From: Squalus acanthias
Lineage: Eukaryota
Direction: 5' to 3'
Length of the DNA: 64,000 nt
Assembly (NCBI GenBank): GCA_030390025.1
Contig: CM059427.1
Coordinates: 3,720,001-3,784,000 of the forward strand
Each line of letters starts with the position of its first letter. Within the stretch, counting starts at the first letter, position 1. The notes beneath the pieces are model-generated. The model did not search any database and was not told the origin of the DNA. It saw only the letters and a program-made list of their open reading frames with translations. A program made the translations under genes and the position numbers. This document shows positions 1 through 12,158 of the stretch, piece after piece.

Positions 1-1285
1 AAACACTCTCTTCCTCAGGCGACCGAAGGCTGCACTGGCACACTGAAGGCGGTGTTGGACTTCGTCATCAACGTCTGCCCTTGTTGACAGTAGGCTCCCG
101 AAGTATGGAAAGTGGTCCACGTTGTCCAAGGCCTTGTCATGGATTTTGATAATCGGGGGGCAGTACTGTGTGGCGGGTGCAGGTTGGTAGAGGACCTTTG
201 TCTTACGGATGTTTAGTGTAAGGCCCATGCTCTCATACGCTTCGGTGAAGGTGATAACGATGGTTTGAAGTTCGACCTCCGAGTGTGTGCAGACGCAAGC
301 GTCGTCTGCATACTGTAATTCGACGACAGAGGAAGGGACGACCTTGGATCTGGACTGGAGGCGACGGAGGTTGAACAGTTTCCTGTTTGTTCTGTAAATT
401 AGCTCCACTCTGAGGGTGAGATGGAGCATTGTCGCAAGGAAGATCGAGAAGAGCATTGGTGCGATGACACAGCCTTGCTTGACCCCGGTCCGTACATGAA
501 TTGGGTCTGTGGTGGAACTGTTGGTCAGGATCACGGCTTGCATGTCATCGTGAAGCAGGCGGAGGATGGTGACAAACTTTTGAGGGCAGCCGAATTTGAG
601 GAGGACACTCCATAATCCCTCATGGTTGACAGTGTCAAAGGCCTTTGTGAGGTCAAAGAAGGCCATGTACAGCGGTTGGTGCTGTTCCCTGCATTTCTCT
701 TGTAATTGAAGTGTGGTGAAGATCATGTCCATTGTGCTCCTTAGTGGGCGGAATCCACATCACGACTCTGGGAGGAGCTCTTCAGCCACTGGGAGAAGGC
801 GATTGAGGAGGATTCTTGCGATGACTTTCCCTGTGGCACAGCAGGGAAACTCCTCTGTAATTACCGCAATCGGACTTGTCACCTTTCGTGAAGATGGTCA
901 CAATTACGGCGTCTCTGAGATCCCCTGGCATGCTCTCCTCCTTCCAGATAAGAGAAATGAGTTCATGAATTCGCACCAGTAGTGCTTCTCCGCCATGCTT
1001 TAGTGCCTCGGCAGGGATTCCATCTGCTCCTGAGGCCTTGTTGTTCTTCAGTTGTCGGATGGCCTTTTCAACCTCATGCCGGGCTGGGGTTGTGCTGAGG
1101 TGGTGGTGGCTTGCCTGCTGCGGGATGGAGTTGAGGACACTCGCGTCGAAGACAGCGTCTCGGTTAAGGAGATCTTCGAAGTGCTCCTTCCAGCGGGCAC
1201 TGACTGCCTCTCTGTCCTTGGTGATGAGTACCTCTCCGTTCTTGGCCTGCAGTGGGGTAGGACCTTGGGTGCTTGGGCCAAAGTT
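1..1285 (-). mobile_element. RTE-clade LINE fragment (reverse transcriptase region, frameshifted), runs off window start
   Basis: Minus-strand translation gives RWKEHFEDLLN, AIRQLKNNKASGADGIPAE, KGDKSDCGNYRGVSLL, then after frameshift(s) FFDLTKAFDTVN, GVKQGCVIAP and catalytic QYADD (~299-316). Confidence 0.9.
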
Positions 1286-1935
1286 GCCAACGACATGATC
1301 GGTGTAAACTTGCTGGTTACGCCGTTGCAGGAAATTCTGGGCCATTGTTCGAGCCTTAAACTATAAACCAGAACCTTGCATATACATTGCGATAAACTAA
1401 ATACATATGAATATAGCAGGGGGCATTAACCCAGCCTTACAATCGTAAGGGACGCACTTGGACTGTCTGTTGCAGGCATTTTTGAAACTATTGTGGCACT
1501 CCTTTTTGAAGATGATGTTCTGTTGCTGGCAGACTCTCTTGGAGATCTAATGAGCTCTACTGTCTGTCTTGAACAGTGAGATATGCCGCTGATTCCCCCC
1601 TCATATGGCATTATGGCCCTGCACAATTCAAGAGAAGATCTGAAATGTATTGATTGGAAGATTGTTGATTCAAATTGGTACCTATGGGTCCTGGTGGATG
1701 CTAACTGCAGCCTAGACTGAGCTGAGAAAGGGCAAAGAACATGTTGGTCTTTGTTGTCTTTCTGCAATAACTGCAAAGTCCCAATGCAGGTTCAGGTTGC
1801 GTGTCCAAACTGCTCTTGTTCACGGTTCAGAATTCATAGGCATGCAACGGAAGGGCTTCTTCTGGACTTTTTGTGAGATCCAGGAATAATCTTTGAGACG
1901 GTTTGTGGCAAAATGGTTTGCAGAGCAGGAGTACT

Positions 1936-3927
1936 CCAGACTATACCAACCTGTTACTGAGGGCCCCAGACTATACCAACCTGTTACTGAGGGCCTCAGA
2001 CAATACTAACCTGTTACTGAGGGCCCCAGACTATACCAACCTGTTACTGAGGGCCTCAGACTATACCAACCTGTTACTGAGGGCCTCAGACTATACTAAC
2101 CTGTTACTGAGGGCCCCAGACTATACCAACCTGTTACTGAGGGCCTCAGACTATACTAACCTGTTACTGAGGGCCCCAGACTATACCAACCTGTTACTGA
2201 GGGCCTCAGACTATACTAACCTGTTACTGAGGGCCCCAGACTATACTAGAAACATAGAAACATAGAATCTAGGAGCAGGAGTAGGCCATTCGGCCCGTCG
2301 AGCCTGCTCCGCCATTCAATACGATCATGGCTGATCATCCAAATCCAGTACCCTGTCCCTGCTTTAATCCCCACAGTACACATATCCCACCCTACCCCCG
2401 TAACCCCACGTATTTAATTCCCCCTAACATATCCCATCCTATCCCCATAACCCCACATATTTAATCCCCCCTAACACTAAGGGTCAATTTATCATAGCCA
2501 AATCAACCTAACCCACACATTTTTGGACTGCGGGAGGAAACTGGAGCACCCGGAGGAAACCCACGCAGACACGGGGAGAATGTGCAAACTCCACACAGAC
2601 AGTCACCCGAGGTCAGATTCGAACCCGGGTCTCTGGCGCTGTGAGGCACCAGTGCTAACCACTATGCCACCGTGTTGCCCACTAACTAACCTGTTACTGA
2701 GGGCCTCAGACAATACTAACCTGTTACTGAGGGCCCCAGACTATACTAACCTGTTACTGAGGGCCTCAGACTATACCAACCTGTTACTGAGGGCCCCAGA
2801 CTATACCAACCTGTTACTGAGAGCCTCAGACAATACTAACCTGTTACTGAGGGCCTCAGACAATACTAACCTGTTACTGAGGGCCCCAGACAATACTAAC
2901 CTGTTACTGAGGGCCCCAGACAATACTAACCTGTTACTGAGGGCCTCAGACAATACTAACCTGTTACTGAGGGCCTCAGACAATACTAACCTGTTACTGA
3001 GGGCCTCAAACAATACTAACCTGTTACTGAGGGCCCCAGACAATACTAACCTGTTACTGAGGGCCTCAGACTATACTAACCTGTTACTGAGGGCCCCAGA
3101 CTATACCAACCTGTTACTGAGGGCCCCAGACAATACTAACCTGTTACTGAGGGCCCCAGACTATACTAACCTGTTACTGAGGGCCCCAGACTATACCAAC
3201 CTGTTACTGAGGGCCCCAGACAATACTAACCTGTTACTGAGGGCCCCAGACTATACTAACCTGTTACTGAGGGCCCCAGACAATACTAACCTGTTACTGA
3301 GGGCCTCAGACAATACTAACCTGTTACTGAGGGCCTCAGACAATACTAACCTGTTACTGAGGGCCTCAGACTATACTAACCTGTTACTGAGGGCCTCAGA
3401 CAATACTAACCTGTTACTGAGGGCCCCAGACAATACTAACCTGTTACTGAGGGCCTCAGACTATACTAACCTGTTACTGAGGGCCTCAGACAATACTAAC
3501 CTGTTACTGAGGGCCCCAGACTATACTAACCTGTTACTGAGGGCCTCAGACAATACTAACCTGTTACTGAGGGCCTCAGACAATACTAACCTGTTACTGA
3601 GGGCCCCAGACTATATTAACCTGTTACTGAGGGCCCCAGACTATATTAACCTGTTACTGAGGGCCTCAGACAATACTAACCTGTTACTGAGGGCCTCAGA
3701 CTATACTAACCTGTTACTGAGGGCCCCAGACTATATTAACCTGTTACTGAGGGCCTCAGACAATACTAACCTGTTACTGAGGGCCTCAGACTATACTAAC
3801 CTGTTACTGAGGGCCCCAGACTATATTAACCTGTTACTGTGGGCCTCAGACTATACCAGCCTGTTACTGAGGGCCTCAGACTATACCAGCCTGTTACTGA
3901 GGGCCCCAGACTATACTAACCTGTTAA
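1936..3927. repeat. 30-bp minisatellite (~52 units; CCAGACTATACTAACCTGTTACTGAGGGCC and variants), split by a SINE
   Basis: Exact 30-nt periodicity at 1936-2248 and 2685-3927, with mainly three biallelic positions. Confidence 0.97.
2248..2680 (-). mobile_element. Full-length HE1-type V-SINE (tRNA head, V-domain, CR1/HER1-like tail)
   Basis: Minus strand: GGGCAACACGGTGGCATAGTGGTTAGCAC..GGGTTCGAATC (A/B boxes); V-domain GTGTGGAGTTTGCACATTCTCCCCGTGTCTGCGTGGGTTTCCTCCGGGTGCTCC; tail ATGGCCTACTCCTGCTCCTAGATTCTATGTTTCTATG. Confidence 0.88.
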
Positions 3928-4322
3928 TGAATCCCCTGGAAGGGGAGTCAGCCTTACAGTAGACATGCCTCTTTACCTAAATCTCGCACATAAGGACCTA
4001 AGTAAACAATTGGTGATGAATAAGACTGGCACATGCCATTGGACTTGGACGTCTAGAACATCAAGGTGGTTGGCATGTCGCAAACTGCCCTGAGTATGTC
4101 CTTCCACCATGCTAAAGGCAGGCATCCATTATGTAGCTGATAAGGAAACTCTGAGACTTGGAATGGCAGCTGCTGGTGGATGTTAACCTGGAGACTGGGT
4201 ATAAGAACACACACTCATATATCCAGGGAATGGTGCCTACAGATCATTGGGCTACAGAGAGGCGAGCAGCCTCTGCTGAAGCTCTGCACTTCCAACTGCT
4301 GAAATCACCCAGTGTTGTTTTA

Positions 4323-4733
4323 AATTCATTCTCAGGATGTGGTTGTTGATGGCAAAGCTGGCATTTATTACCCATCCCCGGGTGCCCTGAGAAGGTGATG
4401 GTGATGAGAACCTTTTCTTGAACCGCTGCAGTCCGTGTTTGTAGAGGTTTGAGACAACCGAGTGCTTGAGGCTTGTGAGGCAGTTAAGAGTCAACCACGT
4501 TGGTGTGGACTGGAGTCACATGTAGGCCAATCCAGGTAAGAATGGTAGGTTTCCTTCCCTTAAGGACATTAATGAATCATTTTGTTTTTTAAGACACTTT
4601 TATGGTCACTTTTACTGCTACCAGCTTTTAATTTCCAGATTTTGTAAGCTGAATTAAAAATTCTCAAACTGCCAAGGTGGGATTTGAACTTGTTCTCTAG
4701 ATTGGTAACATAACCACTTACACTACTGTGCCC
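4323..4733 (-). mobile_element. tRNA-derived SINE sharing its 3' tail with the LINE at 18071-18600
   Basis: Minus-strand head with A box and GTTCAAATCC B box; 4323-4435 matches the LINE 3' UTR (CTTCTCAGGGCA..GGATGGGTAATAAATGC); related copy at 21690-21950. Confidence 0.7.
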
Positions 4734-5601
4734 CAGTTTGTGCACAGCCACGCTGTGGTCAGGAAGATAGTGGCAATACACTCATACATTTACTAGGAAC
4801 ATAGGAACAGGAGTCGGACATTCAGCCCCTCGAGCCTACTCTGCCATTCAATTAGATCATGGCTGGATGGTGAGTTGTCCTGCTAACCATGCCAATCATG
4901 AAGAGCTTGTGATACCTGCAGCCTACCTAGCTAGGAACTATCCTCCTGGGCTGAAGTTTGGACTTGGTAATGCAATAGTTGAGAGCCTAACAGCTCCACA
5001 GTATTCTAGGGCACTGTTAATGATCAACCAGCCAAACTGGCTCACTAATGGATCCTGCAGGGGTAGACTTGTTACTTGGGGCTGGGATTCTTACCACTGA
5101 GCCAGGTGTAATATCTTGCCAGTTATGATAAGGTAATGATGTTCCTACTATCCTACTTGTACTACTTTATGCCACATGTACTGGAACAAAGGTTATTCTT
5201 AACCAACTCTGCACTCCTAAAGAGAAGCCTCACCCATCAGCCACGTGCTCTCCACGGTTTTCCAACCATAATCTCAGCTCCCTTTCAGCAACGCAGATTT
5301 GTAAAATTATCATGTCAAGGTGAATAATGTGAACAAATATAAGGTTATGATATGTACAGCAATGTACTATCACTATCAACTAACTTCAGACAATTACAGG
5401 GTGGATAAGGATCAAATTGCCCATTAGTCCCACTCCACCCATCTAGATATTAATAGTGATGCTGAAGGACTAAATATTCATACATGTCATTACTTATACT
5501 CAAAGGCTGAATATTCACAGCTATTATTATACTGGTAAAAAAAGGCTGAATATTCATATCTATTAATAATGGTACTGAGAGGCTGAATGCTCAGAGGATG
5601 G

Positions 5602-5734
5602 GACAAAAGCAAAATACTGCAGATGCTGGAAATCTGAAATAAAAACAGAAAATGCTGGAAACACTCAGCAGGCCAGGCAGCATCCGTGGAGAGAGAAACA
5701 GAGTTCACGTTTCAGGTCGATGACCTTTCATCAG
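5602..5734 (-). mobile_element. PLE terminal fragment (family B) with degenerate hammerhead
   Basis: Homologous to 15677-15783; minus strand CTGATGA-A-AGGTC-ATC-GACCT-GAAA-CGTG; cleavage triplet is GUG (non-canonical) and the 5' strand of stem I is missing. Confidence 0.7.
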
Positions 5735-6149
5735 AGTTCTAACAGTTATGTCCTTCAGGACTCGGCCAGCTCGGTAAGGACAGCAGATTTCCTTCCCTAA
5801 AGGACATTAGTGAACCAAATGGTTCAGATACGTTTAATAAATACTACTTTAAAATTCCTTATGTATTGTTTTCAAATATTGTAATAAGCCCTTTGAAGAC
5901 AACCCCTATTCCTGCTCAATATGCAGGAACACCAGATGGTGAGAACAAGAAGTGCTGTGTCTGATGCATTAGACGTTTTAAAGCAAGCCAGCCTGTTGTC
6001 TAGCACATCACCACACACACTTCTAATGGCTAACAATGGGCACGCAAGAAAGCAGAAGAAATCCATCTTGCTCCAGGCTGTATCTTTGTTCTGAGGTATT
6101 CGTTCTTTGTTCTGAAATTTCTTGGCAATGGGTCTGCATTTTTTTTCCA

Positions 6150-6498
6150 TATCTCTCCCCTTTACTCTCCTCTCCTAAAGGTGCTGACTTCTGCTGAGGT
6201 CCAGCTCCACAGCTGTCTGCTACTCAACAGGCCATACTTCATGTACGAGCCTTGACAGGTAGTGGTAGTATTAGACAGAGGCCATAGCAATCAATCTGAT
6301 CTGACCCGATGTCCACACATGTGTACTTTCCAGCACGGGTCATTGGATAGTGGTCGGGGGTAAGAACTCGGTCTGATCTTTGCCTTCCCTCGCCCAGGGT
6401 CACGGTTACTAATTGTAGTTGCAATGCTGAGATCAGCTAAATCAGTGTAGACCAAGGATCAAAATTGCAACTTTCTTGGTTTGCTATGTTCAGTACCA
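6150..6498 (-). mobile_element. Old SINE-like repeat (second copy at ~14095-14271 on +, split by a MITE)
   Basis: Two diverged copies share GGT/AACTGA..ACCA..GGTCT..TAGCTGAT..CCA.T/CTA.TGACCC blocks. Confidence 0.5.
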
Positions 6499-6499
6499 T

Positions 6500-7108
6500 A
6501 CAACAACAACTTGCAATTATATAGCACCTTTAACGTAGTCAAATGTCCCAAGGTGGTTCACAAGAGTGCTATCAGACAAAATTTGACACCGAGCCACAAA
6601 AAGAGATAATAGGACAGGTGACCAAAAGCTTAGTCAAAGAGATAAGTTTTAAGGAGCGTCTTAAAGGAGGAGAGAGAGGTAGAGCAGTGGAGAGGTTTAG
6701 GCAGGGAATTCCAGAGCTTAGGGCCCAGGCAGCTGAAGGCACGGCCACCAATGCTAGAGCGCTGAAAACCAGGGAGTCGCAAGAGGCCAGAATTGGAGGA
6801 GCGCAGAGATCTCGGAAGGTTGTAGGGATGGAGGAGGTTACAGAGATGGGGGGGGGGGGGGGTGGGTGCAGGGGGAGGCGAGGCCATGGAGGGATTTGAA
6901 CACAAGGATGAGAATTTTTAAATCGCGGCGTTGCTGGACTGGGAGCCAATGTCGGTCAGTGAGCACAGGGGTGATGGGTGATTAGGACTGGGTGCGAGTT
7001 CGGAAAAGAGCAGCAGAGTTTTGGATGAACTCAAGTTATACAAAGGGTGATAGGTGGGAGGCCGGCCGAGGAAAACATTGGAATAGTCGAATCTGGAGGT
7101 AACATAAG
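6500..7108 (-). mobile_element. L2-clade LINE 3' fragment
   Basis: VTSRFDYSN, LRSSNSGLL, GGRAFSCLGPKLWNSLP, FKTLLKTYLFD; ends in GGTGCTATATAATTGCAAG(TTG)n. Confidence 0.88.
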
Positions 7109-7340
7109 GCCTGTGCTGCATTCATCAACTAACCACTGGGACTTCCGCACTTTCAATCCCTGAAGATTAAATAAAGAAGAAGGCTTTGAAGGTTTCAAAG
7201 TATATTAATCATTCACTCATTTGTTTTCTACTGGCCTATATTGCACTCTGAAGGCATAAATAATGTATTGAATGACTTGTCCCATTAGCTATGTGATTTA
7301 AACCAGCTCCAATAAACTACTTCTTCAATGTGCGCACTGG

Positions 7341-7854
7341 GGCCTAGAAATTGAATTGCATCTGAATCAGGGGGCGATCTCCGTGCAGCGCACACTGCAC
7401 GCGCATAATGAGGCCGGGGGCAGGACCACAGCACATAGGTCCACCGGCCTCATTAGGGCAGAGGGTGCCAGAGGAAGCTCGCTGATCATGGAGAGGGAGC
7501 AAATTCGGACAGCTCAGATGCCGGTCAAGAGCCTCAGGAGAGTCCCGGGGTGTGGGAGGGAGCGGTGATCCGTGGTTTTAATGTAGTGTGGGGAGGAGCT
7601 CCACATTGAGGTAAGTAATAAAAACTTGAAACTTACTTTTGGGTGATAGCTCCCGCTTTGGCTGCTGTGCGCCTGAAAAAACTGTCCGCAGCATTCACGG
7701 CATATGCTGTGGTCAGTCGCAATCAAATTTCACAAAGGGGTCTGAAATATGTGTTAGCCCCCTTCCGTCGCAGAATGAGAGCATGTCTTATTGGGTCCTG
7801 CAGTGCTGGTTTTTCTCCCGATAAACTGACACGGCACAATCTAATTTCAAGGCC
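7341..7854. mobile_element. PIF/Harbinger-type MITE
   Basis: TIRs GGCCTAGAAATT / AATTTCAAGGCC (11/12); flanks TGG/TAG. Confidence 0.6.
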
Positions 7855-8242
7855 TAGGATTGTTTATCCCATTTGGTTGCCACAGTTGAAATCATACAGG
7901 GGAGTCAAAAGCCAGAGACCTTTGTTCACTTTCACTTTGCTGGCAATGTAGCATTAGGACGTTTCGGAGCTGGCAAATATTTGAGGGATTAGGAACAGCT
8001 TGATTTTATTTGTGAAGATGATAAGCAGCAGCTATCAGTATTAATTCACCCGACTAGTGAAAGATCAGCTTTGCATGCTGCATCAACCTCATTATAAAAA
8101 ATTTTCATTTATCGCCACACTTTTTCCTTACATGAGGAGTACTATGGACATTTAAGTTCATCCTACAAAATCCTCTCGAGTGTAGGGGGCAAAGAAGACT
8201 CAGGGAGATAAGAAGATGCACATGTACAGAAGATAATACAGA

Positions 8243-9330
8243 GGCCCTGCATTCGCAGTCGGTATGATGGCATACTCCCGCCTTTGAAACTGACTGCAAG
8301 TTAAATCCCGAACTTGCGATCGGTCAAGTTCCGACTGCACATAGGCTTTGCTGCACGTTTCACCTCCTCATTCAAATGAGCGAAAAGTTGGGCTAATTGG
8401 TCACCTACTGCGCATTAATTAACCTGAAAAATTTTATGGCTGGTGCAAACAGGCGCAGGAGCCTGTTGCACAGCGTAAGGGGAGGGGGGGATGAGAAAAT
8501 TGTATTAATGTTGAGCTAGGTTTATGCTGCAGCTCATAACAATGAGGCACTGGTTCGAGTCTGAGCGGATACAAATTTTGAAAGAAACTTTAATTTGTTC
8601 CAGTTTGAAAACAGGGCCTTTTGTGTCACCATCATTGCTGCCCAAAAGCCTTTTGTAGTTTCAGTTTAATTATTTCTCAACTTCGATTTAGATAGGATTT
8701 AATTCACTTTCATGATTTCCTCATGTTAACAAACATTTAAACTCTCAATTTTAGATTATTTAAAGTTAATTAGTCTAATAGAGGATAAACAAATTCGCTC
8801 GGACTTTAAGACTGTAATTATAGGTTTATGTTGTCCCGGCCCAGAATTAAAGGGCCGATGTTAATTCTGCTGTATGCTTTGTATAAAAAGCATCCTAATC
8901 GAGTTTTATGGTTTTACGGACACCTTCAGTAAAAAGTATCTCAAGACTTTTCAGTGTTTGATCGAATTATATTAATGTTGAAATCTTGGTTTGTGTATTA
9001 AATATTATTGCAATGTTCGTAATTTATTAATAAAATAGCATTTCTGGCTGCTAACTTATTTAAAATGAGTTGTGGGCAAATCAGCAATCACCTCTGTTTC
9101 CTGATTGGCTAAGAATCAAGAAGTGAAAGGAGCACCGCCCCACGTGATCCTAGGTTGGCAGACGCACAACGGTGCGCCCCTGGGATCAGCGGGGCCACTA
9201 CACCGCGCACAACTCTGCAGCGTTTGAAAGCAACTTCTCGAAGGGGGGGTTCACACGAGGTAAGTGTGGATTTCGTTCAGATGTCGGAGGTGTACTCCTT
9301 AGCTACTCCGCCGACCACGAATTCAGGGCC
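8243..9330. mobile_element. PIF/Harbinger-type non-autonomous element
   Basis: TIRs GGCCCTGCATTCGCAGTCGG versus revcomp GGCCCTGAATTCGTGGTCGG (17/20); flanks AGA/ATA. Confidence 0.65.
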
Positions 9331-9899
9331 ATAGAGTTTATTGTCCTGTCCCCAGGGCCAGCTGTGCCACACAGCATCTGCCAGCCAAAATGGGCAAGGG
9401 TGTCATTTAAATATGACAACTTATATTTCAATTAAGCAGAGTGCAATTTTCTGTCCACTCCTTTCGCCCATCTGGAGTGGGCCAAAGGGAATTTCCCTCT
9501 ACAGTGGAGCTCTTAAAGAGCAAGGCTTTTTAGGTCATTTCTTCTAATTTTGTTTTACAATACTTTTCTAGTTTAACCCTTTTTATGATTGGGAGATTTT
9601 TTTAATCATAAGAGTAGGTAATGTTTGTGTGGAATCTAAACTAGGTGAATATTTACTGTCTGCTAAGTCACTGAAAAGTTGACTGTAATTGAAGCATTTA
9701 GAAGTCTTCAGCAAAACAGGGAAAAGCTGAAAAAAGCAGGGACATGAAAAAGCTCTAAGAATACAAACATTCACAGGAACTCAGAGAGAAACAAGGCATC
9801 TAAGTGCAAGCTAGAGAGCTCTGTGACAGCCAGCAAGTCAAGCTACAATTAGTAGGCGGGTTAGTTTTAAAGTGCTTCAGGTACAGTATTTTATGGTTA

Positions 9900-11400
9900 A
9901 ATTGTGCAAGATGTAAGGCATGGCAGGGAGATCAGCGGGCACCACAGCCAGACTGCCCATATCTGCCACCAACCATATCTACATGTCCTGGCACACTTAC
10001 TTAGCAATGGCCATGGGAGCTGGCTCCACAGGTCTAGGTCAGTATGGGGCTAATTACACAGCTGTTCCATATGTTGTAAGGACACTGGCAACCAAAGCCC
10101 CACCATAGGGTAGGCACAGCCAGTGCTGGTCAAGGTCACCTCCTACCTCAGCTCTCTTGCTGCTGCCTCCTTTCCAGGCTAGCATTGCGATCAACTGCAG
10201 TATTATGCTGCCCACATACACGTATCAAACAGCTGATTGATGCACACAGGCTAACACTGCTACTTTCTATTACACTGAACAGCAACAGAAACATGACTGG
10301 CTGCCCAATGTACCACAGTCTTGCATTTCCCGAAGTGGAAGGGTTGGACAAAATTTTCTTGCTGTCTTTCTGTCGCCATCACTAGGTCCTCCTCACCTGC
10401 TCACTGTGACCCACCCGCTATTACAGCTCACTAACTGAATCCTCTGTGCTGTGTGTAGCTATACCGCTGCTTGCAAATTTTGATGAGATGAGCACAGACT
10501 ATTTTGGACCACGGTCAGTTGTGGCAGACTGCTCTTTCAGGCCTGTACTCAGCCCTGGGACAAATGGTAGAATGTTGGCTTTAAGAGACACCTTCAAATA
10601 GAGCCCAGAGTACAAGATGTTTGTGTGGTTGTGCACATCACTGTGTGGGAGAGTGAGAAGGGGAAACCATACATAAAAGCTGCTGGTACTAGCACTAAGT
10701 TTGGGGGAGGTCTACAGCAGCACCTTCCCTGACTCCCAGGAATCTCAGGCTCGACATTTATGAGCCCTCCTCTTGTTTGGGTCTGTTCCCCTGTATTATG
10801 AACACCTTTGTCCTGCAAAAGAAAGAAGTATTCTTGAGATGTTCTGAGATGATGTAGCGCAAACACAGTGACAGAAGCTTGCCCAACCTACAACCAATCC
10901 TGGGTATTGTAAGTGACTTCAGCTATGTTTTGTTCAATAAAATGGCAGTATATGTGTAGACTTTGAGGATGTGAGTGTTCCAAAACTTTCAATAATTTTC
11001 AGCTTCAGTAGATTAGAGTATGGGAATATATGAGAAGTAATGAAAGAGCTATAGGGTTGAGTGAGGTCTTTGCATGGGCCAGGAGTAAATGTGGAACTGG
11101 GTGACAAGCAACATTTTTCCAGCCTGCACACTTGGACCATTTACCTGCTAAATAGTACTGATGGATTGTCAGCTTCCTAATGGTGTGCCATCTACTTCCA
11201 TGTCTGTTCCCAGGTCATCTGGGTAACATACACAGTGTGGAGCCTGAGCATCACCTCTCTCTCGGGCATTGTGGAGAAGGCCTTGAAGTGCCAAACCTGG
11301 CAACCTTCCTCGCACCCACATAATGCAGCAGCAACTCCATCAAATAGAGGGTTCGACAACTGCGCCAACCCACCGCTTACCTCCTGACACCAGTTACCAC
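9900..11400 (-). mobile_element. Decayed Harbinger Myb/SANT-gene remnant (boundaries approximate)
   Basis: Minus-strand acceptor CTTTCTTTTGCAG at ~10813 followed by DKGVHNTGEQTQTRGG, resembling the xKxAHNxRExxxTGGG motif of Harbinger Myb-like proteins. Confidence 0.4.
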
Positions 11401-11583
11401 CTCCACGTTAGTTTTATCTTCCCCCTTGATTTTTGCCAGCTGCTTCTTTCCCCTGCCCCCACCTGGTCTTTGGGAAGGCTGAAAAATACATTACAAATAT
11501 TTGCAGCAGTTGCAATGGCTGAAACCATTTTTGACCCTCATATGTGGTCATTTACCTTTCAGTAGCCATGTCCAATTAAATAT

Positions 11584-12158
11584 AACCCTATAGCAGTCAA
11601 GGACATTCAGCCTCGGATCTGTGGGTTAGCGTTCTCCAAGGCGGCCTTCGAGACACACGACAACGCAAAATCATCGAGCAGAAACTGATAGCCAAGTTCC
11701 GCACCCATGAGGACGGCCTCAACCGGGATCTCGGTTTCATGTCACGCTACATGACGTAGAGTCATCCAGACTCGAGTCGTCGTTGGCTTGTTCACAGATG
11801 TGATTTCCAGTAAAAAAAGTAAAAAGTTTAAAGTTTATGGTTTTCCATACAGACTGCATTTGACACATTAGACCCCCTGTGACCCCACCTCATTGTCTTA
11901 GTTGTATCTTGCTATGTCTTTGATGTGGTGCCTTCCTGACTGACCTGATTGTCTCTCTGCCGAGGTGTGATAAAAGGCAGTCAGAAAGATTAACTGTAGT
12001 CGTCTGACATTGTACGCTGCACAGGCATTGTTCTCTATCTATATATGCTTTGCCGATTCGTATTCCTTCACTTCACCTGACGAAGGAGCAGCAGCTCCGA
12101 AAGCTTGTGATTTCAAATAAAACTGTTGGACTATAACCTGGTGTTGTGCGACTTCTCA
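11584..12158 (+). mobile_element. PLE 3' end (family A): GIY-YIG endonuclease C-terminus, 3' UTR and hammerhead
   Basis: 11592-11759 encodes SSQGHSASDLWVSVLQGGLRDTRQRKIIEQKLIAKFRTHEDGLNRDLGFMSRYMT*; TSD CAATTAAATAT at 11573-11583 and 12159-12169. Confidence 0.88.
12073..12110 (+). ncRNA. Minimal type I hammerhead ribozyme
   Basis: TCAC-CTGACGA-A-GGAGC-AGCA-GCTCC-GAAA-GCTT-GTGA: stem I TCAC/GTGA, stem II GGAGC/GCTCC, palindromic AAGCTT stem III, CUU cleavage triplet. Confidence 0.85.

Noticed and set aside
2610-2680. tRNA gene
   Set aside because: A/B boxes belong to a SINE head that continues into a V-domain; the same applies to the heads at ~4700 and ~63400
1936-3927. CRISPR array
   Set aside because: Repeats are head-to-tail with no unique spacers; vertebrate context and no cas genes
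1903-3962. 120-aa and 479-aa leucine-rich repeat-like ORFs
   Set aside because: Product of a 30-bp minisatellite lacking stops in one frame; the longer ORF starts in an antisense SINE at a non-ATG codon
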